Of a stretch of DNA of 64,000 nucleotides, positions 10,369 to 20,081 are shown in pieces. Within the stretch, counting starts at the first letter, position 1, and each line of letters begins with the position of its first letter. A program made the position numbers and the translations under genes. The stretch comes from Candidatus Bathyarchaeota archaeon (GTDB lineage: Archaea; Thermoproteota; Bathyarchaeia; Bathyarchaeales; Bathycorpusculaceae). Where the stretch lies: contig OY970176.1 in the NCBI GenBank assembly GCA_963707955.1, forward strand, positions 1,440,001 to 1,504,000. The letters run 5' to 3'. A model generated the notes under the pieces. The model was not told the DNA's origin, searched no databases, and worked only from the letters and a program-made list of their open reading frames with translations.

Positions 10369-10500
10369 TGGCGCCGGGGAAGGGACTCGAACCCCTGCGA
10401 GCCCGAAGGCCCACTGGCTCACTTGTCATCATCTATCTGGACCCTTTTTTCCTTGCGAATGATCTCGAGGCCAGCGCGATAACCGCTCCGCCACCCCGGC
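10369..10500 (-). tRNA. tRNA-Ser(CGA) with a 44-nt intron at canonical position 37/38 (intron 10420-10463); CCA encoded
   Basis: Reverse complement folds as a tRNA: acceptor GCCGGGG/CCCCGGC, anticodon stem CTGGC/GCCAG, loop CT-CGA-G|A, long variable arm, GTTCGAGTC T-loop, G73; bulge-helix-bulge at the exon-intron junctions. Confidence 0.95.
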
Positions 10501-10586
10501 ACTGTCTAGAACTTCTGAACTGCGCCTTTTAGCTTTATCCCGTTAAGAAGCGAATCAACGCCCATGTCCTATTCATTACTCTGCAG

Positions 10587-11405
10587 TCATCTTGAGCACG
10601 CGAGCGATGGAAACAACCACCGCTTCTTCTCTCTTCTCTTGAGCGCATCCCACTTGCTTAGAATTTTGACGGCTTCGTTTGCGATTTTGATGGCGTTCTC
10701 CTCTCCTGCCCCACTCATGGACTCACCCGTAAGGCGATTGGCGTAGACTGCGCATACGGAGGCTGCTCTCAACCCGAAAAGACTTGCCAAAACGTACAGA
10801 GTTGCCGTTTCCATCTCAAAGTTTAGCACTCTGGCCTTCTGAAGCGTGGGAAGCAGGTTTTCTGTACCTGGAAAGAATGCTACGGGTGTTTTGCGGCTTT
10901 GTCCAGCGTAAAAGTCCGCGGTTGTGGCTGTTATGCCAACGTGGTAGTTGCCTATGCCTAGTGTTTCGGCAGCTTCAATTAGGGCCAGTAAGGCTTCATA
11001 GTTTGCCACGGCAGGATACTCCGGGATGATGTAGCAATTGCTCGTGCAGTCGAGGCGTACGGCGGAGGAGGAGATTATTATATCGCCGCAGTTGATGTCG
11101 TTTTGTATGGCTCCAGTGCTGCCGACTCGGATGAAGGTTTTTACGCCGACGTTGGAGGCCTCGTTGACCGCGATGGCCATGGAGGCTGGGCCTATGCCGC
11201 TTGATAACGCTGAAACTTGAACTCCCTTGTATTTGCCAGTAAAACTCCGGAACTCACGGTGGGTCGCAATTTCTCTTGCTGAATCCCAAAACTTGGCAAT
11301 CTTCGGAACACGGTCAGGATCGCCGGGTACGAGTAGGTACTCAGCTAAGTCGCCCTTCTTGCAGGCTAGATGATATTGCTCGGTGTCGGAAGCTGTTGGG
11401 TGCAC
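10587..11405 (-). CDS. udp: Uridine/nucleoside phosphorylase
   Basis: LVPGDPDRV, SGIGPAS, IRVGSTG, NFEMETA motifs. Confidence 0.88.
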   Translation of the reverse strand: MHPTASDTEQYHLACKKGDLAEYLLVPGDPDRVPKIAKFWDSAREIATHREFRSFTGKYKGVQVSALSSGIGPASMAIAVNEASNVGVKTFIRVGSTGAIQNDINCGDIIISSSAVRLDCTSNCYIIPEYPAVANYEALLALIEAAETLGIGNYHVGITATTADFYAGQSRKTPVAFFPGTENLLPTLQKARVLNFEMETATLYVLASLFGLRAASVCAVYANRLTGESMSGAGEENAIKIANEAVKILSKWDALKRREKKRWLFPSLACSR

Positions 11406-11472
11406 TCTCTCTCACCAAAACTAAGATTAAGCGTTTGAGACTTAATAACAGTGGGTTCGGAGAAACTGCCGC

Positions 11473-11748
11473 TTGTCTGACGAACGCAGAAGGACAAAAT
11501 ACGACATCTACGCAGACATCATAGAGATGGTTGCTCGGAAGGGGGTGTGTTCGCTGACAAGGGTCTCTTATGGAGCCAACATGCCAGTTGATCGAGCTAA
11601 GAAAGAGCTCAACTTTCTGGTCGCTCACGGTTTCATCAGTGAAGTAAACCTAGAGGATTCGAAGAAGTACCGAGCGACGAAGTGGGGGCTGGAATACTTG
11701 GAGACATTCAAGCGCATGCGCAAATTCTTCGCTGCACTGGAAGAGTAG
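11473..11748 (+). CDS. Winged-helix transcriptional regulator
   Basis: RRRTKYDIYADII...LTRVSYGANM...YRATKWG. Confidence 0.8.
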   Translation: MSDERRRTKYDIYADIIEMVARKGVCSLTRVSYGANMPVDRAKKELNFLVAHGFISEVNLEDSKKYRATKWGLEYLETFKRMRKFFAALEE

Positions 11749-12148
11749 GAAGCCATACAACTTGTGACTACAAGGCGTGTTCTCTTGATGTGCGTCGCCT
11801 TTTAAGGTGTCTAACGACTCACTCCTTCTCATCTGAATAACGAGGTGGTAAAAATGAAAGCTCAAACAAAGGGTGAGTTGGATTGGAACAAGAAGGAACT
11901 AGGGAAGCTCCATAAGCTCGGTATCTTGAAGAGGACTGGTGCGTCGAGAAAGCCAAGGTCAATCTCCATAGTATCTGCAAGTGACACAATGGAAGAACGA
12001 GGCTATTCTGGTACGGCTGTCCAATTCGCAAGTGCAGTGGAAGTCTCCCTTCTCAGAAGGACACAGGCACTTCAATGAACAAGTCAGTCACTATATGTGA
12101 GTACGCCTTTTAAAGCGAAGTTGGAATGTAGACAAGTAGGCGTAGAAA

Positions 12149-13371
12149 ATGAACAGTAGCAGAGTGTCTATTCCATCAGGTACGACGGTGACACTGGACA
12201 TTGTAAACGGCGACTTAGAAATTGGCGAGCATGCGACTGTCAAGGGTGCGGGAAGCCGCCAAGAGTCAAGGTCTATGGAACGGTCTACTGTAAGGGCCAC
12301 AACACCTTTGATTGCACTTTGTCCGCTCAAGAGCTTGAAGCTGAGGATTCCGTGACGATTCAGGGCGACTTGGAGATAGATAAGGGCGTTGAAGTTGAGG
12401 AGGGCCGCCTCGCAGTCTACGGGAGGATGACTGCAAAGGATGTTGATGTGGACCACGCGGTGTACGTGAGCAAGGATTTCATGGTAGAAGAGGTAGATGT
12501 GGGAGGAAACCTGGAGGTTGGGGGAAACACTAAAGCCAAGGCCATAGAAGTCGGCGGGACTTTCGCGGCAAAGGGCGAGGTCACCGCACGCAACGTGGAA
12601 GTCGGAGGAAGCCTCGTAATCGAATCTAAAGTCGACATAGGGAGCCTAAATGTTGGAGGGGCGGCAACCGTTGCAGGTGGAAGAATTCTTCAGGTAGACG
12701 TTGGCGGTACCTTCAGGTCAACGGACTCCTTAGAATTCGAGGACATAGACGTGGGCGGCACGGTAAATCTCGCCGGCAAGAACAAGGGAAGGGACATCGA
12801 GGTGGGGGGAACGCTGAAAGTTAAAGGTGATTTGGAGTTCAAAGAGGTTGAGGTGGGCGGTACGATAGAGATTGAAGGCTTGGCCCAGGGCGCAGGAATG
12901 GAGGTCGGGGGCACAGTGGACGTCGATGGGTCTCTCAAGCTTTCAGGATCATTAGAGGTCGGTGGCAGAGTGGACGTCAGCGGAGAGGTCAGCACAGGAA
13001 GCATCGAAGTGGGTGGGGCCTTGCGTGCGCGAAAGGCTACAGCCATAGAACACGTGGAAGTCGGAGGTTCGATAAACACTGGTGAAGGTGTCACAGCACG
13101 TTCTGTTGAGATAGGAAGCAGAGGCAAGGTTCATGGACCTATAAAGGCAGATGAAATCGTAGTCGGTAAAGGTGCCGAAGTAGAAGACCTCTACGGAAAA
13201 CACGTTCTGCTGAGAACTGAGGCGAGCGCAGAGAACGTTTACGGTGAGAACGTCACGGTGGAATCCTACTGTAACATAAGGGGCGAAGTGCAGTACACCA
13301 ACGAGTTGAGGCAGGGTGAACGCGTTTCTCTGGCCAAAGCACCGCGGAGAGTAGATGAGCTTCCTCTTTGA
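12149..13371 (+). CDS. Bactofilin-like/polymer-forming beta-helix repeat protein; frameshift near 12255
   Basis: Many (V/I)(E/D)VGG repeats at ~17-aa spacing; upstream ORF 12149 joins the 12319 frame (PRVKVYGTVYCKGHNTFDC...) after a 1-nt deletion. Confidence 0.75.
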
Positions 13372-13384
13372 AGGAGCAACAGCA

Positions 13385-14383
13385 TCAAGGTTTTTTGGGA
13401 ACCGCCAAGTCAGATATGTCGACACTGTGTTCGTATATCTGCCTCAGAAAAGAGGCCACCGCGAGGATCTGAGGTACAACGTCAAGCGACTGTGCCTGAG
13501 CCAGTTCTTCAATGTTTGCGAACTCCTTCTCAACCTTGTCCCGCGTGCTCCGCACTTTTTCGGCCAAGTTTATGTTGCCAGAGAGAAAAGCGTTCAAGGC
13601 CTCTTCATGAGCCTCGAAGCAAACCGCCTGAAGGCCCGTGAACAATTTTCCGAGGTTCTTACTTATTTTTAGACCTTCTAGCTCAACGGTCTTCTGCGCT
13701 GCTCGGACGCATTCGTCCCCGATGGCCTCTACCAAGCTGGCGGCCAAGCGGTAATCGAGGCACTCAATGGGGCCCACACCCAGCTTCTCACTGAGACTCG
13801 GGTTCTGTATTATCGTGCGCAAAATGCGGACAAGAAGGAAGTACAGCCTGTTACCCTCATCGTCGCGGGCCATAACACTCTTCGCCAATTGCACGTCTCC
13901 CTCAACAAAGGCGTTGACCACGTCTCGGTGCATCCCCGCGGCTATCGCGTACCCCCGTCGCAGAATCTTTTCAGGAGGAAAACCAGAGGGCTCCAACAAA
14001 CACTGCAGAACAATCCCAGAATGATCTTCCTCAACAATCTCCAACCCAACCAAATGGCTAACAGTGCTTTTCACAGCCTCCCGAACCTCAAAGCCCAAGC
14101 GTTCCCTCCCCTCAACCCGAACAACGTCAAAGCCAAGCAGGTATTTACCTATGATTTCACGGCCCAAGTGGGGCCCTGGCTCCAAGACCGCAGTCCTAGG
14201 TGAGGGCTCCGCACCGTATCTCGCGTCGACGATAAGCTTGCCGTCGGCAGCCTCACTGATGCCAACCACCGCTCCACGCTGCAAACCATTCCGCTCCGCC
14301 CAAGCCTTCGGCAAGCAAACGAAGAAAGTGCCTCCGGGCGTGCGCTGAACCTTGCGCAGATCACTCATCTGTTCCGACCTCAT
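13385..14383 (-). CDS. phoU: Phosphate uptake regulator (AbrB-like N-terminus plus PhoU domains)
   Basis: RKVQRTPGGTFFVCLPKAWA N-terminus; PhoU repeats with YEHSVDISD. Confidence 0.88.
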   Translation of the reverse strand: MRSEQMSDLRKVQRTPGGTFFVCLPKAWAERNGLQRGAVVGISEAADGKLIVDARYGAEPSPRTAVLEPGPHLGREIIGKYLLGFDVVRVEGRERLGFEVREAVKSTVSHLVGLEIVEEDHSGIVLQCLLEPSGFPPEKILRRGYAIAAGMHRDVVNAFVEGDVQLAKSVMARDDEGNRLYFLLVRILRTIIQNPSLSEKLGVGPIECLDYRLAASLVEAIGDECVRAAQKTVELEGLKISKNLGKLFTGLQAVCFEAHEEALNAFLSGNINLAEKVRSTRDKVEKEFANIEELAQAQSLDVVPQILAVASFLRQIYEHSVDISDLAVPKKP

Positions 14384-14593
14384 TACGACACGATACTCGA
14401 GACGAGAATATTAAAACATCTGAAAGAACCCTTCATGATGGCACCCGCCCGCGTCAAACTAAACGACAACCCATCAATTATGGGAAATTCTCGCGTTGCT
14501 GCCTAGAAGGGCGAAGGGCAGGCGCGTAGACAAGCTCTGAGCAGGGCAGATGGAGCTGGAAGACGGCGTGATGGTCGAACATATTGAAAAGTC

Positions 14594-14757
14594 ACTACCC
14601 TTGCGATGGCTATGCGTCAAGCCCTCCGAATGCGCTTGGCTTCGACCCCGCACCAAGTCGGAAGGGCCCTCTCCAACGCCCACGTGCAGTACTAGTACCC
14701 TAGGGGGGAGGGTGAAATAGACGAGGCCGAAACACGAATACAGGGATGTAGCGTATC
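14594..14757 (+). repeat. Dispersed intergenic repeat, copy 1
   Basis: Aligns to the reverse complement of 62133-62300, sharing TCAAGCCCTCCG, ACCCTAGGGGGGAGGG, AAATAGACGAGG and CGAATACAGGGATGTAGCGTATC. Confidence 0.85.
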
Positions 14758-14914
14758 CAGCGCAGTATGAAGTGAGAGCACAAGCAGGGCAATGTTGTTC
14801 AGGACCAAACGCGTTAATAGCAGAAAGAGGGAATAAAAGCAGCAAGTAATCCACCCAACTTCACTGCAAGGATCCATAAATCGGAAGGATACGAGAAGGG
14901 AGAACCTACAAGCC

Positions 14915-16480
14915 ATGAGCGAACCGGAAAAACTCCAGAAAGCCGTAGAACTCACAATCGCTGCAGGCTACCAGCTGAACAAGGAAGCCTTCGAATTCCT
15001 AAGCATGGTAGCCACAACCGACGACCCAGCGAAAATCATGGTCAAAGCAATCCAGCAGATCGAAAGCCTTGAAGAGAAACCCTTCTTCATAGACCGGTGC
15101 TTCCTGGAAGAGTTGCTCAAAACGCCAGAACGAGCAGAGGGAAACGGCGCCCAGCCGTCAGAAGAACGCCTCCAACAAACTCTAGGGGTGCAAGCGCCGC
15201 AGATAACTGAGGCCAAGACGCCCTTCCGCCCATACTCGAAAGACGTTGAAGCCGACATGAAAGTGATCGAAGACCCAGGCTCAAAAATAAGCTCAGCCGG
15301 GACGATCGAAGACTACCTAGGCTACTTTCAAGATAGGTTCAAACAGCTAGAAAAACTGCTAAGACAAAGGATGGACGTCAAAAGCGCAGCCTCGGTCTTG
15401 GACGCAGTGAAGGCCCCATCAAACACGCGACTCAAGATAATAGCAATGGTCACAGAGAAGAGAGAGTCCAAAGAGAAAACGGTGCTGACCGTTGAGGACC
15501 TCAAGGCAAGCGCCATCGTTCTTGTAACACAGAACGCTCCACAAGACCTCCAGAAAAAGGTGCGAATGCTCCTGCTCGACCAAGTCATCTGCCTCAGCGT
15601 CGTCAAGACCAGAAGCAGCTTGCTCGTTGCCGAAGACATAATCCTACCAGACATTGCTCAGAGACCCCAACACAAAGCAACGGCACCAGTCTACGCAGTC
15701 CTCACATCAGACATGCACGTAGGCAGCACACAGTTCACGAAAGAAGCGTTAAACCGCTTCACGCTGTGGCTGAACGGCAAATACGGCGACGACAGGATGA
15801 AGGACATAGCAAGCCACGTCAAATACGTGCTAATCGCAGGGGACATCGTCGACGGAATCGGCGTCTACCCGAACCAAGCAAAAGAACTCGTAATAAGAGA
15901 CGTGAACAAGCAGTACAAGTTTGCCTCAAAGTACATCGAGCAAATCCCCGACTATGTGGAAGTAATAATCACGCCCGGCAACCACGATGCTCCCCGAAAA
16001 GCCCTACCGCAGCCAGCAATATCCAGCTCCTTCCTAGAAACACTCCAAGAATCGAGAAGGGTCCAATCCCTAGGTAGCCCTTGCACCCTAAGCCTCCACG
16101 GCGTAGAAGTGCTCATGTTCCACGGCCGCAGCCTCGACGACATAATCTCCACCGTCCCAGGCATGAGCCACAGCCACCCCGAAAAAGCTATGCAGTTGCT
16201 ACTCCAGACCCGACACCTAGCACCGCTGTACGGCGGTAAAACACCCCTGTCGCCGGAGAGCAAAGACTTCCTCGTTATCGACCGCGTCCCAGATATCTTC
16301 CATGCTGGGCACGTGCACGCACTCGAATACGGCAACTATCGTGGAGTGTTGATCGTAAACTCAGGCTGTTGGCAAAGGCAGACCGGCTACATGCGCAGGA
16401 ACGGCTTTGTTCCGACACCCGCAAAGGTTCCCGTGGTAAACCTTCAAACCCTAGAGGTCACCGTCATCCCGTTTGACTAA
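14915..16480 (+). CDS. polD1: DNA polymerase D (PolII) small subunit DP1
   Basis: SDMHVGS, AGDIVDGIGVYP, PGNHD, HGRSLDD, FHAGHVH, NSGCWQ phosphoesterase motifs. Confidence 0.95.
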   Translation: MSEPEKLQKAVELTIAAGYQLNKEAFEFLSMVATTDDPAKIMVKAIQQIESLEEKPFFIDRCFLEELLKTPERAEGNGAQPSEERLQQTLGVQAPQITEAKTPFRPYSKDVEADMKVIEDPGSKISSAGTIEDYLGYFQDRFKQLEKLLRQRMDVKSAASVLDAVKAPSNTRLKIIAMVTEKRESKEKTVLTVEDLKASAIVLVTQNAPQDLQKKVRMLLLDQVICLSVVKTRSSLLVAEDIILPDIAQRPQHKATAPVYAVLTSDMHVGSTQFTKEALNRFTLWLNGKYGDDRMKDIASHVKYVLIAGDIVDGIGVYPNQAKELVIRDVNKQYKFASKYIEQIPDYVEVIITPGNHDAPRKALPQPAISSSFLETLQESRRVQSLGSPCTLSLHGVEVLMFHGRSLDDIISTVPGMSHSHPEKAMQLLLQTRHLAPLYGGKTPLSPESKDFLVIDRVPDIFHAGHVHALEYGNYRGVLIVNSGCWQRQTGYMRRNGFVPTPAKVPVVNLQTLEVTVIPFD

Positions 16481-16531
16481 AAACATGAGCAGTTAACCGC
16501 CAGCATCGGGAATACGAGGAGGGCCCAAGCC

Positions 16532-17782
16532 TTAGCTTCTGCCATCGCTGCGCTTCGAGATGCACTGTACTTCATAATCAACCAGACGGCCAAGTCTACT
16601 ATCCTCAGCAAACACATCTCGAATAAGGCTGCGTGCGATCTCAAGCCGTATCTTCTTCGTCCGCCCGTACCTTCCCATGCTAACGACCCTCGCGTTCAAC
16701 AATCCCATCGCGTCGAGCTCATTTATCAACGTGCTCAAACGCCGCTGGGTCAGCGGCGCAACTCCCAACTCCCCGCTGAGCTCGTCGTAGACCTCAGAGA
16801 TCTCACCCGTAATGGCGCCCCGAGCATCTCTCTTGCCCAAGTGATAGATGCTCAATGTTACGAGCTTCGAATGCAAAGTCAGGTTGCTCAAAGCTTCAAC
16901 AACGCGGTTGTGCTCAATGTGCTTCTCAGCCTCGCGAACATGCTCTTCAGACACTACGGTTAGCCCTTTTCGCTCAGCTACCTCGCCGGCAACGCGCAAA
17001 AGGTCTAAAGCTCGACGCGCATCTCCATGCTCTGCGGCAGCTAGAGCAGCGCAGAGGCCAAGTGCGGCATCGGATAATGCTTTCTGAGTGAAGGCTGCCT
17101 GTGCACGTTCAGCGAGTATGTTTCTCAACTCACCTGCGTCGTAAGGCCTAAAAACAATCTCCTCCTCGCTCAGTGAGCTTAGGACACGCGGATCTAGGAA
17201 TTCTTTGAAGCGCAGGTCGTTAGATATCCCAACAAGCGCTATTTTGCTATGCCTCAGAACCTCGTTCATTCTAGTTAACTCGTACAGAAAAGTGTCCCCA
17301 CGCATCTTTGTCAACGCGTCGGCTTCATCCAGGACCACCAAGAAAATCATGCCCGAAAGGTCCAGACCCGCAGTGAACCTGTCATAGACTTCACCAACGG
17401 ACAATCCTGTGAATGGAACCTGAACACCTAAACTCTGGCACATACTTGCAAAGACCCTGTACTCGGACCCAGCTACCCTGCAGTTGACGTAGCAGAACTT
17501 GAGGGGTGCGTTAAATTCTTTAGCCTTGAACTCAAGGCGAGTCAGAACATACTTGACGACAGCGGTTTTTCCGGTCCCTGTGTTTCCATAGATAAAAATG
17601 TTGGAGCTTCTTGCACCTTTAAGTAAGGGAGCAACAATTTCTCCCAATTGCCTGATCTGCCCTTCTCGGTGAGGAAGCTTGTCTGGGAGATAATCATGTC
17701 GGAGCACCTCTCGATCCTTGAAGACTGTGGCGTTGCTTGCGAAGTTCTCGAAGAGTTCATCAAGAATATCAGCATTACTCAT
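16532..17782 (-). CDS. cdc6: Orc1/Cdc6 replication initiator
   Basis: LPHRE, GNTGTGKT Walker A, VLDE Walker B, GDARRALDLL, C-terminal wHTH with GRYGRT. Confidence 0.96.
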   Translation of the reverse strand: MSNADILDELFENFASNATVFKDREVLRHDYLPDKLPHREGQIRQLGEIVAPLLKGARSSNIFIYGNTGTGKTAVVKYVLTRLEFKAKEFNAPLKFCYVNCRVAGSEYRVFASMCQSLGVQVPFTGLSVGEVYDRFTAGLDLSGMIFLVVLDEADALTKMRGDTFLYELTRMNEVLRHSKIALVGISNDLRFKEFLDPRVLSSLSEEEIVFRPYDAGELRNILAERAQAAFTQKALSDAALGLCAALAAAEHGDARRALDLLRVAGEVAERKGLTVVSEEHVREAEKHIEHNRVVEALSNLTLHSKLVTLSIYHLGKRDARGAITGEISEVYDELSGELGVAPLTQRRLSTLINELDAMGLLNARVVSMGRYGRTKKIRLEIARSLIRDVFAEDSRLGRLVDYEVQCISKRSDGRS

Positions 17783-17799
17783 TCAATCAACTCACATAG

Positions 17800-18400
17800 T
17801 CCAGTAGTAACAAGCGTTCTTCCTGTGGAAAACATAAGCCCTGCCGTACAGAAATCTAAATATTAAACACGATAATCCTAAAGAAGGAATACAACTTAAA
17901 CAGTAAACACCCTTCAAAATGAGCAGACACACCCCCCCGCTTCTGGTGGAAACGTTTAGCCTTTGAATTAAATAATGCTGGTCTGTTTTAGGAGAAGTTG
18001 TACTCCTCTAGGTAATTGGGTACTAAGATTATATTTGTTCTCACTAAGAATTTTAGACATTACTAAAAAACATTTTAAACTTAGTCACAGGCAATATAGG
18101 GCTTATAACCTTTCCAATGGAAATAAAGGGGTGTGTCTTCTTTCCAACCCACTATTTATGGTGCGGACTATCAATCAGATCCGTTTTATTATGTTATAGC
18201 CTCCAAGGGCGGATTCTATAGAATCGCCGCCCGACAATGGTGGGCACATTTTTGCCGACTTTCTATTCACTTTCCGTGAAGTCCTTATGAAGTTTATTTG
18301 CCAATGTCGTTTCCACATCCTCCTATTTCCTACAATTGAGTCCTCTATGCTTCTTTTCTGTGAATAGCCCACCCCTACTCTTCCACTGGAAAACGCGTTT
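17800..18400. other. Replication origin (oriC) with ORB elements and AT-rich unwinding region
   Basis: ORBs with G-strings at 17926-17953 (-), 18111-18137 (+, TTTCCAATGGAAATAAAGGGGTGTGTC) and 18368-18394 (-, TTCCAGTGGAAGAGTAGGGG); mini-ORB at 17820-17831; AT-rich 17960-18110; directly upstream of cdc6. Confidence 0.9.
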
Positions 18401-18584
18401 CGTACCGAGTCTATTCTCATTTTGAGCTTCTGAAAACCTGTTATTCGCGCAACGTCAGTATAGCTGGAAATATCGCTGCTTTATCGGTTTAGAGGCCTTT
18501 CCTTTCCCTTTTGGAGCACAGAGTTCACCGTAACACCTATAGCTTGTGAACTGTGAAATTGTGAACACAGCTGCTAGGTGTAAA

Positions 18585-19031
18585 ATGCCAATGCCGGCAA
18601 CAAAAATGCGCGTCGAACTTTTCGACAGCGAGGGCAACCGTTATTCGATAAGCTTTGAAGGACAGGTCACACGTGATAAGGCGGTGCGGTTGCTCGACTT
18701 GGTGGAACTCCTCGGTGGGGTGCCTGGGGGTGGGGGAAATCCGGATTTCAATCCCACGTTGACTAAAGAACCGTCAAAGTATGACAAGGTTAGAGCGATA
18801 GTTCAAAAGCACTTCCCTTTGGTTTGGTTCTGCTCTAAAGAGGTACAAACTGTGTTCGAGCAGGAGTTCAGAGAGCCAATAGGCCTGAGTACTGTGGCAA
18901 CGTACCTCGCAAGGATGGCAGGAAAGAGGATCCTTATAAAAGCAGGGCCATCCAACAGCTTGAAGTATAAAGCGGCAACAAGTATGCCACAGGTCACCGC
19001 GAAAGTCACGGACATTGCAATGAAACAGTGA
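18585..19031 (+). CDS. Origin-adjacent hypothetical protein with C-terminal winged-helix-like domain
   Basis: N-terminal beta domain, Gly linker, then WFCSKEV...IGLSTVATYLARM...GPSNSLKY. Confidence 0.75.
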   Translation: MPMPATKMRVELFDSEGNRYSISFEGQVTRDKAVRLLDLVELLGGVPGGGGNPDFNPTLTKEPSKYDKVRAIVQKHFPLVWFCSKEVQTVFEQEFREPIGLSTVATYLARMAGKRILIKAGPSNSLKYKAATSMPQVTAKVTDIAMKQ

Positions 19032-19068
19032 ACTCTCACGGCCGCCAGTTTTCATTCAGACAGGCAAG

Positions 19069-19782
19069 CTAGGCAGCTTGATCCTCTGGTTTCCTCAGAA
19101 GTTTCTCCATCTCCTTCTTGGAGCTGTACTTGAACGGGATCTTACTGGTCTCCCTCTCCAAGTATCCTTCTTCGTAGAGCTTCTTCATCAACCTTGCCGT
19201 GTGTTCCCTACTAAGTCTTACTTTCTCCTTTATCTGTGGCGCGGTCTTTGGCCCCTCTGATGCGAGCATCTCCAACACAGCAACTTCTGTTCCCGTCAAC
19301 TGTGCCAACGCCTTGTCTCTCCTTATTGGTATCGCCGCTTCAAGACTGGTTTCAGGAACGGCTGAGAATTGCCTAGCCTGCTGTTCCAAGTTCACAATTT
19401 TTGCTGTGACTGCTTCTTGTGATGCTACTATGTCACGTGTTTTGTTTTCAACTTCAGCTAGCCGGACTGCCAACGTCTCTCTGCCTTCAGAATCGGCACT
19501 GACCTTCGCCTCCGCGGTGCTCATCCTCTTCTCTACATCTCCCATCATGCCGAGTATTCTGTCGCCTTTCGAATCCACAGCCCCAACCTTGTAAGCAAGT
19601 GTCTCCAACTTCTCGCCTTCGCGCCTGAACTGCCTATTGAAGCTCAAAATAATGTCCTCGACCGCTCCTCGTGCTTTTTCATATTCCTTTTTGGATTGGC
19701 GCAACCTACGGTAATATTCCACCGCCGAAACTGCGGTGGTTGCGAGCAGACAACTTACGAGGATGAACAGTAGATAATCCAA
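19069..19782 (-). CDS. Membrane-anchored coiled-coil protein with C-terminal winged-helix DNA-binding domain
   Basis: Hydrophobic N-terminus (YLLFILVSCLLATTAVSAV), long helical heptad-like middle, wHTH LTGTEVAVLEML...SREHTARLMKKLYEEGYLER. Confidence 0.85.
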   Translation of the reverse strand: MDYLLFILVSCLLATTAVSAVEYYRRLRQSKKEYEKARGAVEDIILSFNRQFRREGEKLETLAYKVGAVDSKGDRILGMMGDVEKRMSTAEAKVSADSEGRETLAVRLAEVENKTRDIVASQEAVTAKIVNLEQQARQFSAVPETSLEAAIPIRRDKALAQLTGTEVAVLEMLASEGPKTAPQIKEKVRLSREHTARLMKKLYEEGYLERETSKIPFKYSSKKEMEKLLRKPEDQAA

Positions 19783-19794
19783 TAGAAATCCGCC

Positions 19795-20081
19795 TGTGAT
19801 TCAAACGTGATTATGCGTGACTCAAGCACGTTGCATCACACATCACATCTTACCCATGCGGCATTTAAGCCTTATTGTGTGTATCATGGTGGCGAGCAGA
19901 CATGACATCACATGTCACACTTTCAAGTTAAATTAACATGTTGGGTGGCTTGTGAATGCTCTCTAGAAAGAGGGCTGCTGTGGGTTCTTATCCAGATTTG
20001 CGGCGTGATTCTGTCTTCTGCGAAAAGCTATAGTTGCGGGGCATAAGTGCCGTATTGTGGGGCGTGATTTGTGACGTCACA
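19795..20081. repeat. Cluster of YGTGAY/RTCACR hexamers (array A)
   Basis: 11 copies counted in ~290 bp, at 19795, 19806, 19816, 19835, 19842, 19907, 19914, 20004, 20063, 20070 and 20076. Confidence 0.85.

Noticed and set aside
11845-12113. Small ORF, or an alternative frame with in-frame TGA (possible selenoprotein)
   Set aside because: No recognisable family, no clear start for the TGA frame and no SECIS-like element seen
14474-14854. 126-aa minus-strand ORF across the repeat
   Set aside because: Frame similarity to copy 2 is explained equally well by the opposite-strand frame or by nucleotide homology; copy 2 stops early and no protein family is evident
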